A program made the position numbers and the translations under genes. 64,000 nucleotides of DNA from Eremomyces bilateralis CBS 781.70 (lineage: Eukaryota), in NCBI GenBank assembly GCA_010015585.1, contig ML975151.1; one strand, given 5' to 3'. The notes under the pieces were generated by a model that worked only from the letters and a program-made list of their open reading frames with translations, did not search any database and was not told where the DNA came from. Shown here one piece after another: positions 9,570 through 23,752 of the stretch. Within the stretch, counting starts at the first letter, position 1, and each line of letters starts with the position of its first letter.

Positions 9570-12521
9570 CAACGTGCAGCGCGTGAGGGATGGTCTGGTC
9601 GAGGAAAGCAGCTCGGCGACTCGAGTGGTCGACTCGCCGGATACCCGTACACGAGCGGGAGACAGTGACGTACTGGGAGCACCTTGGCCGGGTGCCCGCT
9701 GGCGACGGCGAGCAAGATGAGACCGTGTATGGTCGGGTGAGTGGTGGCTGTCAAGGCGACGGAATCGGTTTGAAAACGGTGCTGTTGCGAAAGATATTTC
9801 GTGGAGGTGCGATGGACATAGAGAAAGAGGATGTAGAGGCAGACAAAAGACTGGAGTGTCGATGTTCATCAATGTTCCAAGTCTGGGGTGGTCAGGGGGT
9901 GGGAATGGGAAGAAATGATGGAAGGGAGGGCTGTTTTAGTGTTTTAGTACAGGTGAAATGGTGACTGTGCAGGGTCGGGAGGGCGATTTGCGGGGAGAAA
10001 GATTGCCAGGGAAGTTTCCTACTCTCCAGTTCTCCAGGTGTCAAACACTCAAACGCCGGCTTCCACTATTTCGGCCTATTCCATTTCCATTCGGTCCAGA
10101 TTCCCCAGAAAATCCTTTTCTTTCTCATCAATCCGCCATTTCGTATGGGACCCGTTGCAGTTCGTGGAGGCGTTGGACCCGGTGACGGCGTGACGGGAAT
10201 GACGGGAATGCCGAATGACGGAGGGGGAAAAAAGGGACTTTGCGGCGATCCAAGCGCTCCAAGCGCCAGTGTTTCTGGCGGTCTCCATTGTTTCCTGCTC
10301 TTTACTCTTTAGCCATCTTCGCTCTCAGTCATTCGCGTTCGGGTTGTCTAGAGTGCCAGAGCGCCAGTCTTGGACACTTGGCCGGATAAGTTCTCTGCTG
10401 CAGATGCCAGGCCAGGGAAATTCGGAAATCAGTCCACTCGCTCGCCTTCACGCTCCGTTCACAGGATACAGTACTCAACCAAGGTAGGACTCAGGCATGC
10501 ATCCCCCACCTTCTGGCGCTGCCGTCGCTTGGAGTAGTGACGTGCTCATCCACTGCAAGTGTCCATCCATGTCGCCATGTAATAGGCTGAACTGGTCGAA
10601 TGCCTGGTTCGACGACAGTGGGAAATCTCGGTTCCGAGGCAGACAGACCACAGATGTGCGATGATGAGTTGTTGACCCGCCTCCAGAGTCGTGACCACCC
10701 CCCATGATGGACCCGACGACGAGTGACCAACCCGTCCTGCGCCCACCAACGCCGTCAGACGGTCTGGTGGCCCCCGTCCCGTAGGCTGTAGCGCCAGATC
10801 CAATCGCGGGGCCTTTCGAGGCTAAAGTGGTTATTTCGGTACCGTAGCGGTCGGGCGTCGGCTATGGACTGGCGTGTCCACTCCTGGTGCTCCTGGCGCT
10901 CCCATCCGTCCGTTCCGGCGATGGGGTGCCTCGATAGTCAATGGTCTAACTTAGTTAATATTAACTAACTAGCCAACTAATAGTTATTCAGACTAACTTC
11001 ATTACTACGTTTGGCGAGGCGGTACGCCGGTACGGAGTACAGAACTAACAGAAAAGCCAATTATTAATTGACAATTGTAGTGGCCTTCAGGCTCTTCGTG
11101 GTTGTACAGCCAGGTGACGCACGGTATGGCTTTTCACTGTCTAGTCCGACTGAGCCTCCATGATGGCCAGTTGACCAAAGACCAAGACAACCGTTTTACC
11201 ATCTTTCTCAACTAACCATTGTCAAGCAGCCGAACCTGTTAGGGTTACGCAAGTCCCGTACCCAGTGGTTCCAGTCCTAGATTGGCGCCCATCGTCTCCG
11301 ACCCTCGCCTCATCAGCGCCAATATAAAAATCCAGCCATGCACACCGAACGTAGTTGCAGAGCGCTCCCCTAAAAGGATTGGCACAAAGCTTGATTACCC
11401 CAGCTGCCGTCCAAACGAGGATTTAGGTGGGTTCGATGCTCGGATCCTGCGGTTCGAATTTCCACATACGGTTCGCGAAATGGGTCGTGGCTGGGAGAAG
11501 GACTGGTGAGTTCCATGGTGATTTGGAGTCGCAAGTCGACGAGATCGATCCCGCGGATACTTCCGTTTCGCGTTGCACAGCAACGTTGTTGCGTCCGCGA
11601 GGTGGTTCAAAATCCAGCGGTGTGACCGATCCGGCCCCTTCGTGCGTCGGGTAGGGACCCCGAGTTTGCAACGCACACATCTACTCATATCTGTACCTCC
11701 AGTTTTACCAGCATCTTACCAAGTCTACAATATACGAATCGCAACTGAGTAGTTTAGATTTCTCATGCAGGGAAGAATTGCAGGTTGTGGCCTGCCTTAT
11801 CAGATCGCACTTGCATATGTGCCAAGTCTGCTGCAAGGCGACTGTTCGGGCAAATGCAACAGAAGGTGGTTCGACATCTGAGAATCATAATGCATGTCGG
11901 CCACGTGGTCGTGATGGACTTGATCATATCCTAGCTCTGAGCTGACCTTACGAGACGCCGCATAGTGGAGGAAGATCCAGGATCGATGGGCGATCCGAGA
12001 CCGGCTGTTCTTCACGATGGGCATCTAGCGGTAAGTAGGTTTGGGAGTAAGGCCTGCGTCAGCCCTAGGGACGAGAGTAAGATGGCCGTGGTGGTCGAGC
12101 AAATCGAAGCATTGTTTCACAGCAGGCGACGATGCAGCAGCAGGATCGGATCTAGCCCATCGCATACTCCGCATTGACGGATCACGATCCCATTCCAGAA
12201 GCATTGAAATCGCCCAATAACAAGGGATCAGGTGAGCTGAAAATGCTTTTCATCCATGTCCCCGAAAACGCTTTCGTAACTCGGCATCAATCCTGCTTGC
12301 ACCCCCATACATACATTGACCGCGCCTTGTCCCAAACCACGAGTACCAGCGGCTGAATACTCAGGGGCTGCCCGCCGCGCTAGCCGCAGCGACGCCCGGG
12401 TGGTTGAAGTAGAGCTCGGAATAAACACACCCGGGCGATGCCTTGCCGAAGAACAGGTGTGGCCGGCTCTGTTAGACGCAGGCAGATGCGCGAACCTGCA
12501 ATAGACGAGAATGGCGATCGC

Positions 12522-13967
12522 TCATCGTGGTCCCAGCTTCTCTAAGGCGCGGGATCCTTGCTCGTCCCATTCCTGTTTCGAGATCCACATGTTCTCCTTA
12601 TCCGCCATCTGAAACCATGTTAGCTATCCCGCAACACAAACTAGGACAGGATCAGGCTTACGATGTTTGCGAGCACTGCGCCTCCCAAGAATACCATGTG
12701 CCTCCTCCGTGGCGGGTCTTCGATACGGACCTTAAATTTCTGGAGGCGGGTTAGCAACAGGTGTGGCGCGTCAGGGGATGAACTCACATTCAACCGCTCC
12801 GGGTTTCCACCCAGCACCTTAGTCAACCAAAGTTGCCGGAGTTCCTTCTCCAACCGGCTAGGAAGTCCCGGATACATGCTGCTGCCACCCGACAGGACCA
12901 CGGCTTTGTAGAGACTGCTTCGCACGTCGACGTCGGCCGCCTGGATGGTGTTGAATAACAATTCGGCGATCCCCGGCTGCTCCACGTCCACCAGATGAGG
13001 CTGGAACAAGCATTCCGGCGCCTCGAACCGCTCCGACCCCACCCTAATGACCCGTCCATCGGGGAGCGTGTACGACTCGACGAGCACCGTCGTGTCCTCG
13101 GAGAGCCTCTGATCCAGCTCCAGATCGTACGAGACGTAGCACAGCTTCTCCTTGATCTGCCGCACCGTCTCGAAGTCGGCCGTGCGGTTCAGCGCGTATC
13201 CGCGCCGCAGCAGCAGCGCGATCAGGTTCTTCGTCACGTCGCGCCCCGCCACGTCCAGCCGCCGCGTGAGGTGATTGAGCACCGTGCTCTCGTAGACCGG
13301 AATGACGTGCGTGACGCCATCGCCCGAGTCGACCACGACGCCGCTGGACAGGCCTTGCGCGTACAGCGCCAGGACCGCTTGGATGGCGACGTACACGCCA
13401 CCGAAGTTGTAGCGCTCGAACATGACTTCGCACATCTGCTCGCGGTTCCGTAGCGGGTTCATGGGCGGTTCGGTCAGGAGGATCTTGCGGCCCGTCGGGT
13501 CGATACGCATCTTCTCGTAGAAGGTGTAGTCCCAGAGATGCTGCATGTCATCCCACCGCTTGACGATGCCGTTCTCCATCTGCGGGACTCGTGAGACGTT
13601 GGGACATGCGGAACCACCCCGGGGAAGCTTACTGGATATGTGATTTGGAGCATCGATCGCGCCGTGGCGGCTTCGTCGCCGCACATGATGTCCTTGACGA
13701 CGATGTCGCCATCTCGCTCTTCGGATCGGAGGATCGGACGGCCGATTATTGATGGGTACTGATGATCTGGGAAGTTCTATGGCGAAGGGCTCAGCAGCTG
13801 TAATCGGCGGTATCCGGCGGAATCAATGCTGCATACCTGGCCTGCATATCCAGCTTTCAAGAAGCCCGTCCCACCGTCGAGGACTGTGAATAGTTAGGCA
13901 TACGTCTGGACACTGTAGCTAAGTGGAGGGAGATGGGTGGGGTCATACCGATTGGGAGGTCCGACAT
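12522..13967 (-). CDS. ARP2: Actin-related protein 2 (Arp2/3 complex subunit)
   Basis: Spliced reading [21 protein letters not shown]...[14 protein letters not shown]...[12 protein letters not shown]...[21 protein letters not shown]...[11 protein letters not shown]. Five GT-AG introns. Confidence 0.96.
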
Positions 13968-14574
13968 ATTTTAGCACGCAGAACTCAACCGCCTGAACCC
14001 GACTGTATATATGGTCTCGAGGATTCAGGAATCTGGATACAGGAACGCAGCTGGCACTTATAGCGAGTTCGGGATATACGTCAAGGTGGGATGTTGAATG
14101 CTTAGATGCTTACAGGAGTCCCAGCCCGCAACCCTGAGAACGCGACGACTTGGCGGGGACCGGAATTTCAGTTTAACCGATGCTGGTTCCTGTCGCCCAC
14201 CGCAACTTGTGAAGGCGAAGTTGAAGCTGTAAATGAAGACGGTGAAGTCACTGGAGGCAAGGCTGGTATGTGTTGGGAGAATTTGATGATATTTCAACGG
14301 AAATCAATGCTTTGGAACTTAGAAGCTGCTACTAATGAAAACCGTGTTTGTGTTTGGATAGGACACGATATCTGATCAGAGCCTCACACTTCTCGGCTTC
14401 CCTAGTAGATGCCCAAGACTGCAAGTCCATATCTGGTCTGGCAGTACACCCGACACCGAACCTCCTGCATATCCATCCTGTCCAGCAGTAATAGAGGGTT
14501 TAACTACCACGAGCCACCAGTAGCCACAGGAACCGTCCAACACCGGGAACGGCGCCTTCCCGAACGGAATTCCT

Positions 14575-15108
14575 TTATGCTTCGCTTGATTCCCCCTCCA
14601 GGACTTTCTTCTCCGTAATAGGCGTCACCGCTGCAATGAGAACAAACAGCATCCTCGCCCACTCCGTGCTGCTCGGGTTATTCCATGCGTGGTTCGTCCC
14701 ACGTTGCACGACTATATCGCCACGCTTGAGGAGCCTCGTCTCGCCGCTGTCCAGCGCTGCCTCCATCTGCCCTTCCAACACCACGCCGTAGTCGATGCTC
14801 TCGGTGATATGCATGGGCCCATTACTCGCGGGCGCGAAGTCGACGATCCGCAGGACAGAGCCATTGGAGATGGTTAGCCCGGGGGGGGTTTCTAGATGGC
14901 CTTCGTATGCTTTCAGGTCGGCGCCGTTGTTGAGGTCAACCGGGAAGCCGGACGTAGCATATCCCAAGGTCGCTGCAACGCGTCCTACTGGAAGAGGAGC
15001 GAATTTCAAATCTGACGGTGGCGTCGATAGAAACACCGCTTTTCCTGACTGGGGGTCTTGAGCAGTGATATGCCGACTGATGGGGGGTAACTCTCCAACA
15101 TGCGCCAT
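14575..15108 (-). CDS. Cupin-domain protein (cupin_2 type)
   Basis: MHITESIDYGVVLEG and GDIVVQRGTNHAWNN cupin motifs; intronless, 177 aa. Confidence 0.9.
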   Translation of the reverse strand: MAHVGELPPISRHITAQDPQSGKAVFLSTPPSDLKFAPLPVGRVAATLGYATSGFPVDLNNGADLKAYEGHLETPPGLTISNGSVLRIVDFAPASNGPMHITESIDYGVVLEGQMEAALDSGETRLLKRGDIVVQRGTNHAWNNPSSTEWARMLFVLIAAVTPITEKKVLEGESSEA

Positions 15109-15615
15109 ATTGTGTCAATGCTAGGTTCTTGACTTGAATGGGTATAGATTAGGGATGCGGTCAAGTCTCAGTATTCTAAACTAACATAAACAAGGCAATG
15201 AGCCAAGTTCTCGAGTCTTTACTCTGGAGATCTTGAGCAATGGAGCCAGGGAGTGTTGTCGCCTGTCGGTTGTCACATCCACCGTGCCACCATCAACATA
15301 AGCAACCCATAACTACCCGAACCATATTAGTCGAATATCGGTTAGTCTCTCCCCCTGGCGACACGACGAGACCAATGGACCACAACAACGTCAGAATCCC
15401 GCGCTTCCCGCCAAGACCCGGAAATTGTCTGCGCCGTCTGGCGAAGAAAGATATGAAGATCTGACGACGTGAAGACGTGTAGACATGAACTCGTGAATCG
15501 TGAATCCCATTGTTCCCTTCTATATTACTTCTTTTCTCGCATTTCGCATTTCGCATGCATGTCGCTGCTTCCCTTTAGTCATTCCTTCTTCCTTCCATTT
15601 CATTAATCATCCATT

Positions 15616-17358
15616 ATGGCAGAACCATTTCCCACCCTCAACTCGACATCTCCGGACCCTTCGCATCACCATACGGGTAGCGCGTCCGGCGAGAACGGCT
15701 CCATTCGACAGAGACGACGAAAGAGCACCGGACTACGCGGCGAACCTAGGGGCGATACAGCTGCACCCGCTTTCGCGACTCTGAATGATCGGACGCCGAG
15801 TACCATGGGGACGGAGACGCGGTCGGGAGCTCTCACGGTATGTCCAGACCTCCACGCCCAGACGCGATAGTCGTCTTGACGTACCGCAAATTGGGTAGGA
15901 CTGATCGATACAGGGGAAGCGATCCGAAAAATCCCAGCGACGGTCCAAGCGACGAAAAGTCCGCTCAATATTCCAACGATGGAAATCCATTTCATTTCGG
16001 CACACTTGGCTGAACCCGCTGCTTCTCTGCCTTGCCGTCGTCGGGGTGTATCGCCTTTCCCCGGGCCCGTCGAATCCCCTCCATCCCGCCCTGTTCCTCT
16101 CGTATCCTCGCGGTCCTAAGGATGATGATCCCTCGGCGACCATGTACGGCAAAGGCAAGAAGGATTTCGCGTTCGTCGCGTTCTACACGATCTTCCTAAG
16201 CTTCACGCGCGAGTTTATCATGCAGCGGTTCCTGCGGCCGTTGGCATTGCACTACGGTATCCGCAAGCGAGCGAAACAGGCCCGGTTCATGGAGCAGCTG
16301 TACACCGCGATCTACTTCTCCGTGCTCGGCCCGTTCGGGATGTACGTCATGTCGAGGACGCCCGTGTGGTACTTCTCGACGCCCGGAATGTATGCGGGCT
16401 TTCCGCATAAGGAACTAGAGGGCGTCTTTAAGGCCTACTATCTGATCCAGGCGAGCTACTGGCTGCAGCAGATGATCGTCCTGCTCCTGATGCTCGAAAA
16501 GCCACGGAAGGATTTCAAAGAGCTGGTCGCACATCATTTTATCACACTCTCCCTTATCTTTCTGAGCTATCGCTTCCACTTCACTTACATGGGAATTGCT
16601 GTGTACATCACGCACGACATCAGCGATTTCTTCCTTGCTGTAGGTTGCCTTTGATCTTCCGTCGTTCTACCGCTGACGTGAAACTCCAGACCTCAAAGAC
16701 GCTTAATTACCTAGACTCGCCCGTCGTGGTCCCATACTTTGTGCTCTTCGTCGGGATTTGGACCTACCTGCGACACTACATCAACCTTCGAATCATCTTC
16801 TCGTTCTTCCCGTACGTAACCCTGGGATGGAATCCTCACCCCCTCACCGAACCCAACACGCAGCCGCTATTCGCTCTCCCTGCGCCGTTCATCCCCAGCG
16901 GCGACCCCGCGACATCGCAGCTATACGTCTGGCCCAGCCAATTCAGCTCCATCGGTCCGTACCAAGTAGTCTGGGAGACCGGACAGTACAAATTCTGGGT
17001 GGCGCAAATCATCACCCTCTCCCTCCTCGCTAGCTTGCAGGCCGTCAACATGTTCTGGCTGTTCCTCATCCTTCGCATCGCCTATCGGCTCGTGCGCGGC
17101 GGTGAGAAGAAGGACGACCGGAGCGACGATGACGAAGACGAAGAAGAAGAAGAAGAAGAGACCATCGCACCCCACCCGGTCAAACGCGAACCCGAGATCC
17201 ACGTCATCGGGATGGATAAAGCCCCTGGCCACAAAGCGACGGCGATGTCATTGGGTGTCCCAGTCGCCAATGGAAAACTGGGGAACGAGTCGGACGCCGG
17301 GTCGGCGTCAGAAACCGGCCGAACGTTGAGGAGGAGTCCGAGGAAGAGGAAGGTGTGA
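15616..17358 (+). CDS. Ceramide synthase / sphingosine N-acyltransferase (LAG1/LAC1 family, TLC domain)
   Basis: Lag1 motif EKPRKDFKELVAHHFIT...THDISDFFLA|TSKTLNY, RFMEQ and an acidic C-terminal tail. Introns begin near 15838 and at 16640-16690. Confidence 0.93.
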
Positions 17359-17848
17359 TCCCTTTCTGGGTGCGATTCGGCTCCACGATGTTACGGCTCT
17401 GTAGCATTCTTTTGCGGCATCGGTCCTACTTGCGGCATGGCGTTCCCAGAGTTCGATGCAGGTGGCTAGATGCAGTTGGCTAGATGAAGGCTGGGGCGCG
17501 TTTCCTGCTTGGGATGAGGTCACAGGCGCAGGTGGATGGCGGTTTGTGCGTTACTGTCACATACCTCGATTCGAGACCTTACCTGTAGCTCCCCTTCTGT
17601 ACAGAGTTTCCCTAATAGGGTGCATTCCCTCCCTTCTCCGATATTCTATTACCTGGCTTCACTTCTTGTTATCTCTGTACTTAATCGTCAACTTTCCAAC
17701 GGCGACCGATTTTCGTACTTGTGCGGAATGATGGACGCCGGTACATTTTGGAATCCAGTCATCATGTAATGCGTGGCATGTAATTTATCTCCAGACCTAT
17801 ACAAACTACAATGCTCCTACTCCATTCCGCCCGGCTTGATGGTGTTCA

Positions 17849-19540
<1,692 letters not shown>

Positions 19541-21258
19541 ATTGCTTTCTGTGATTCTCGCGCCGAATTCTCAACCTCAGCAGCTTCCCGAATACTGATT
19601 ATCCGACAAAAGTGTGCGAGCGAAGGATATTTCAAAGTTTCAAGCTACCGTATCCAGCAATGCTTTCTAAGTGAATGACGTTCTGGACTCGCGCTGTGTT
19701 CCGTCACGGCTGCGTATGATCACCGATAGCTAGAACCCCACACCTTCCGAGCTTTGGGATTCAAGAGTGGGGTTGCTGCAGAAAAGCAATCGGATTACCA
19801 GCGTCACTCGAGCCAGTTCGCGCGAGACTAGGGAATTCTTGGGTTTACGCGCGACGAGACCTGGCTAAATGCGAAGAGACCACATCGCTCATCGTCCATG
19901 ATGGTTCAACTGGCTGGATTCGACGGGCCTTCGCAGGCGCACTGGACGGATTCCAGGCGGATACTACCGGTATGTATGCATCTTTTAGTCGAAATGGGAA
20001 AAAGTATCCGATGGATCGCTGGAGCTCTGGAGCAGTTGATGATCATCCACAAACCATCCGGTACTTACGCTGACCAATGCCGGGAACACTTCCTACGGAG
20101 TAGATTTACCACTTCATAATACGTTTGAAGTCGAATCTGTCCGCCGCGAGTATACCACCGATCACCAGCTTAAATAAATCTGTAGGGAAAGCCAAACTTA
20201 CCCCTGGTTCGGGTGTCTATCGGTAATGTATCGATGGTAGAGAACCCAAGTGAGTGTTCTCACAGTCGTTGGCATGTCAAATTATGCAGTGAAAGAACAA
20301 AGCGAAGAATAATTAAGGTACTCTATAAATATTTGTCAGTGAGTGACAGTTCAATCTTAGGAAAAGTCTAGAAATTGCCCGCACTAAATCAACTAACAAT
20401 GGCAGCATTCGACCCTTCACCTGGATCCTGAGTGGGCTAGTTTTCAACTTCAGTGTCTCGTGGGACGCATATTTGTTTGGATATGATCAGGCTCTACAGG
20501 ACAAGACGCTCTTGTAGACCTGTCCTTTTATGTCTGTAGTTCATCGACACAGTTGCCTGAGAACATTGCCTCTTCGCTGCTACCTTTTCAAAGAACAAAG
20601 GTAGCCATGGTGGAAGTGAGGCTTCGGGGACCACCCCCCAAAAAGATCTCATGGGATTCTGCATGGTACTGAGCAATGCTATACCGGAAGCCTCAATCTG
20701 ATCAATCGGACGCCACAGCGATTCCCCCCTTCCCCTAGCGTTCTCCCTAATTGTGACTGGAAGCTTCATTGTCCCTCTTTCCATAGGCAGCGCAAGTTCG
20801 CTGATTTTTTTCTGTACGGTGATTGATAGGGAAAATGCATCCGACCTTCCTCTCTAACGAATTGTCATCCCAACTCGGACGGTAGAGTGAGTGGCTTAGG
20901 CTTTGTAACTGGTCGTCACCACTGAGAGACGCTATGGGATTTGTACAACCAACGAATGGATAGTAGCCCTCCACTGTCGAGTAGGTCCTCGCACTTGCTC
21001 TTGCGATGGATTCCGAAGGCTGTGTATTCCCTACTCGCTCATACGAACGGATGAGGTAGTGTAAGGAGTGACGGACACGGAGGGAGATGAAAGATGGCTG
21101 ACGTGGTAGGAATTCGTGTGAGATAAATAGCGGTTTCGCTCAATCAGGTGATTAATGCAGCGACACAGTGGAAAACACCGTTAGATTCCAAAAGAGCGTA
21201 GATAGATTGACCTTGATCCTTCAGAGCCGGATCCTACGAAAACAGGCTGTTCCTGCAG

Positions 21259-21979
21259 CTATTTTATATGGTTTATAATGGTGATATTTTCCCTAAAAAG
21301 GGAAAGAATAGGGATATAGAATCGAATACGGAATGAAGCCGTGGAGAAACGCCAAGAAACACAGATATTCTGTGACACTTTATGATCAAGCGCAAATCTC
21401 AGTCGGGCTTCTTTTATTTCGGCTGTAAGTCCAGGCTTTCTTGTTGGTTTGGTCTTTCTGAAGCCTGAAAACCGGAGGATTCGCCAGACGGTGATATCTG
21501 ACACCCCTCCAACCTCTATGGCAATTTGAGCACAGGTTTTCTCCCGACCATATCGATCAGTACGGACCTTAGATAGGACATCTGAGGTAGTCTCTTCAGT
21601 CTGTTTCGTAGGCCGTCCAGAACGTGAGCCGTCTTCAACATGATGGTCAAAAATCTTCTTGCTCTCTGAGGGATTCAGGCCTCGTGCGATGGCCTTGCGG
21701 TAGATTGAATTAAGTGTACGAGGTTGAATTCCGGTAATAAATTCAATTTCAGTATTAGAAATTCCTACAAGCTTTAACGCCAAAGCTTGAGCTCGAGTAG
21801 CACTATCATACGAAGGCATTCTGCCTATTGATTGACGGAGAAGAGAAAGACAGAAAAAACAACTCTCTCTCTCCCCGGATTAGGATGAAGAGGAGCAGAG
21901 GACACATCAGGACGCTAATAGACGCTAGTGACGCCACAGTGCACATACCAGGAAAAAACTTTTGAAAGGCGCCTCCGTA
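21259..21979 (-). mobile_element. Truncated Tc1/mariner-type DNA transposon (N-terminal transposase fragment)
   Basis: ORF 21819-21259 has an HTH region with RSGRP, TVWRILR and KPTRKPGLTAEIKEARLRFALDHK, then loses similarity before any DDE domain. A candidate left end TA-CGGAGGCGCCTTTCAAAAG lies at 21979; no matching right end was seen. Confidence 0.8.
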
Positions 21980-22245
21980 GCGGATTCTCTATTGCTGGCC
22001 TTGGCAGACTAACGCTCTTAGGCATTACCCATATGCACCTGTGTGTGAAGCAAACCACCGTGTAGGCAAGGACCGGACCCAGAACTTGAGTGGAGTGTAA
22101 TGTTTGAATTTGAACGACCAGCCACATGTCCGTGGGTTTCTCGATGACTCTCCGTCTGAGACGATCTTGAACAGATATCAGCCGTATACATCCTCGACTT
22201 ATCGACATAACGTGCCAACTACGGTGGTGTAGACCTGCGGCAACG

Positions 22246-22395
22246 ATGCGCCTCTTAAAACTCGATGGCAACGTCAGTTACATCCTGGAGACATTGGGAG
22301 CCACCGCCACAATCCCTCCTTGTGCCATATTCTGCGGAGATCAAGCGAAATCCGACGGCCTGTCCTATTTTCTGGGTAGACACATGCTGCATCTA
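22246..22395 (+). pseudogene. HET-domain gene remnant (internal deletion plus frameshift)
   Basis: MRLLKL...IPPCAI is joined directly to FCGDQAKSDGLSYF, then after one extra base TGG GTA GAC ACA TGC TGC ATC reads WVDTCCI. Confidence 0.8.
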
Positions 22396-22699
22396 TCCTA
22401 TCGAACCGGGATCAAACACCGCAGAAACTTGAGGTTCGGACCTCTGTTTTGTGAACTGTTTTTTTCTGCGCATTTAGCGTCTCGGATCCAGAAATTTCAC
22501 TCTCCATGTTATTAAATTGAAATTCTATCTATACATCATGTTTCTTTAATCAGATCTCTTTTCGATGCAGAGCCATAATACCTGATTGCAATGCTCGTGA
22601 CACTCGCGTGTAGAAAATTCACCTCTAGAAGTTGATGGATCAGCCCTGAATTCGAACGATATTCTTTCTACCTTAGGGAGAACTTCCATATTCAATTGT

Positions 22700-23752
22700 C
22701 TATTTGAATAGCTTCATTTGAGCCCCAAGGCGGCTGAATAGCTCAAACTGCATCCTTTCAGCTGCTTTAGGACCACGAAGTATGTCACCAGCTATATCAG
22801 AACCAGGCGGGAAATCATGTTCGAAAACTGGCTCTCCAGAACCCCTCATATTAGCTAAGACTGCCTGTCTGAAATGCCATCGTAGAAGCGAATCAATAGG
22901 TGCATCACAGCGAGCAAAATGCTCCTGATCGAGATGCTTGCCGGCAATATTTTTCGATGTAGGCCTAAATGCCACGACCTTATACTTGTCCTACGATAAA
23001 TATTAGCCTCAATCTCCAACATAGATATACGATATACATACATCTGGGTTGATCGAGATAGCATAGGCATCAAAGAGTTGATGCACAGCGGAGTCAAGCA
23101 ATAGTCCATTCTGTACTGAGTTGATAGATCCTCCCTTAGCCGGTTGAATTGTAATCCATCTGCCATAGCTGTGGTTGATCCAGTGACCTTCGTGGGCTAG
23201 TGGGAAAATATGTGCGGCTTCGAATCCATCCCAGAGCTCAATTCCAGCAAGTATTGGTACAGTTTCCCCAGATATGACGCATCGACGATCTCGCAAACGA
23301 ACAGCCTCACGGAAGGCGGAGACATGGGTTCCGGAAGCACGGCTGATCGTTCGGATGAGCCATGGCTCAATATTGACTTGCAAAGGAACTGCTGATCAAT
23401 TAGCCATATCACTACATCAAGGGTTGATGAACCAACCGTCAGAAACAATGTAGTACTTCCCAGGTTTAAGCGGATGATCATCCTTTTCAATCTTTGTCTT
23501 ATCCTCATCTCGTAGATAGAAGGGACTTGCAAATATGAAAAGAATCTCAATCATTGAGTAGAAATTTGCATTTGTGACGCCGGCGGTGAGAACCAGACCA
23601 CCAAGCACAGCATTAGGATCATTGGCGTCGTAGATGTGGATATCCCGCCCGAATGAGCGATTGAGTGGAGGAATAGCGCGTCCTTGTGACGGATTCAGAG
23701 GGTTGGAGGCTTCGGGAGAACCAGACGTTGTTATGGGGGAGGGGGACGACAT
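22700..23752 (-). CDS. HNH endonuclease-domain protein (fungal HNH_2 type)
   Basis: FREAVRLRDRRCVISG, FEAAHIFP, INSVQNGLLLDSAVHQLFD and LLRWHFRQAVLANMRG. Two GT-AG introns (about 23437-23395 and 23041-22993). Confidence 0.88.

Noticed and set aside
11420..11640. Several GGTTCG/GGTTCAA motifs resembling tRNA T-loops
   Set aside because: No cloverleaf stems or matching A-box could be assembled.
20494..20974. Two short minus-strand ORFs next to the transposase fragment
   Set aside because: No DDE or other recognisable motifs; cannot be tied to the transposon.
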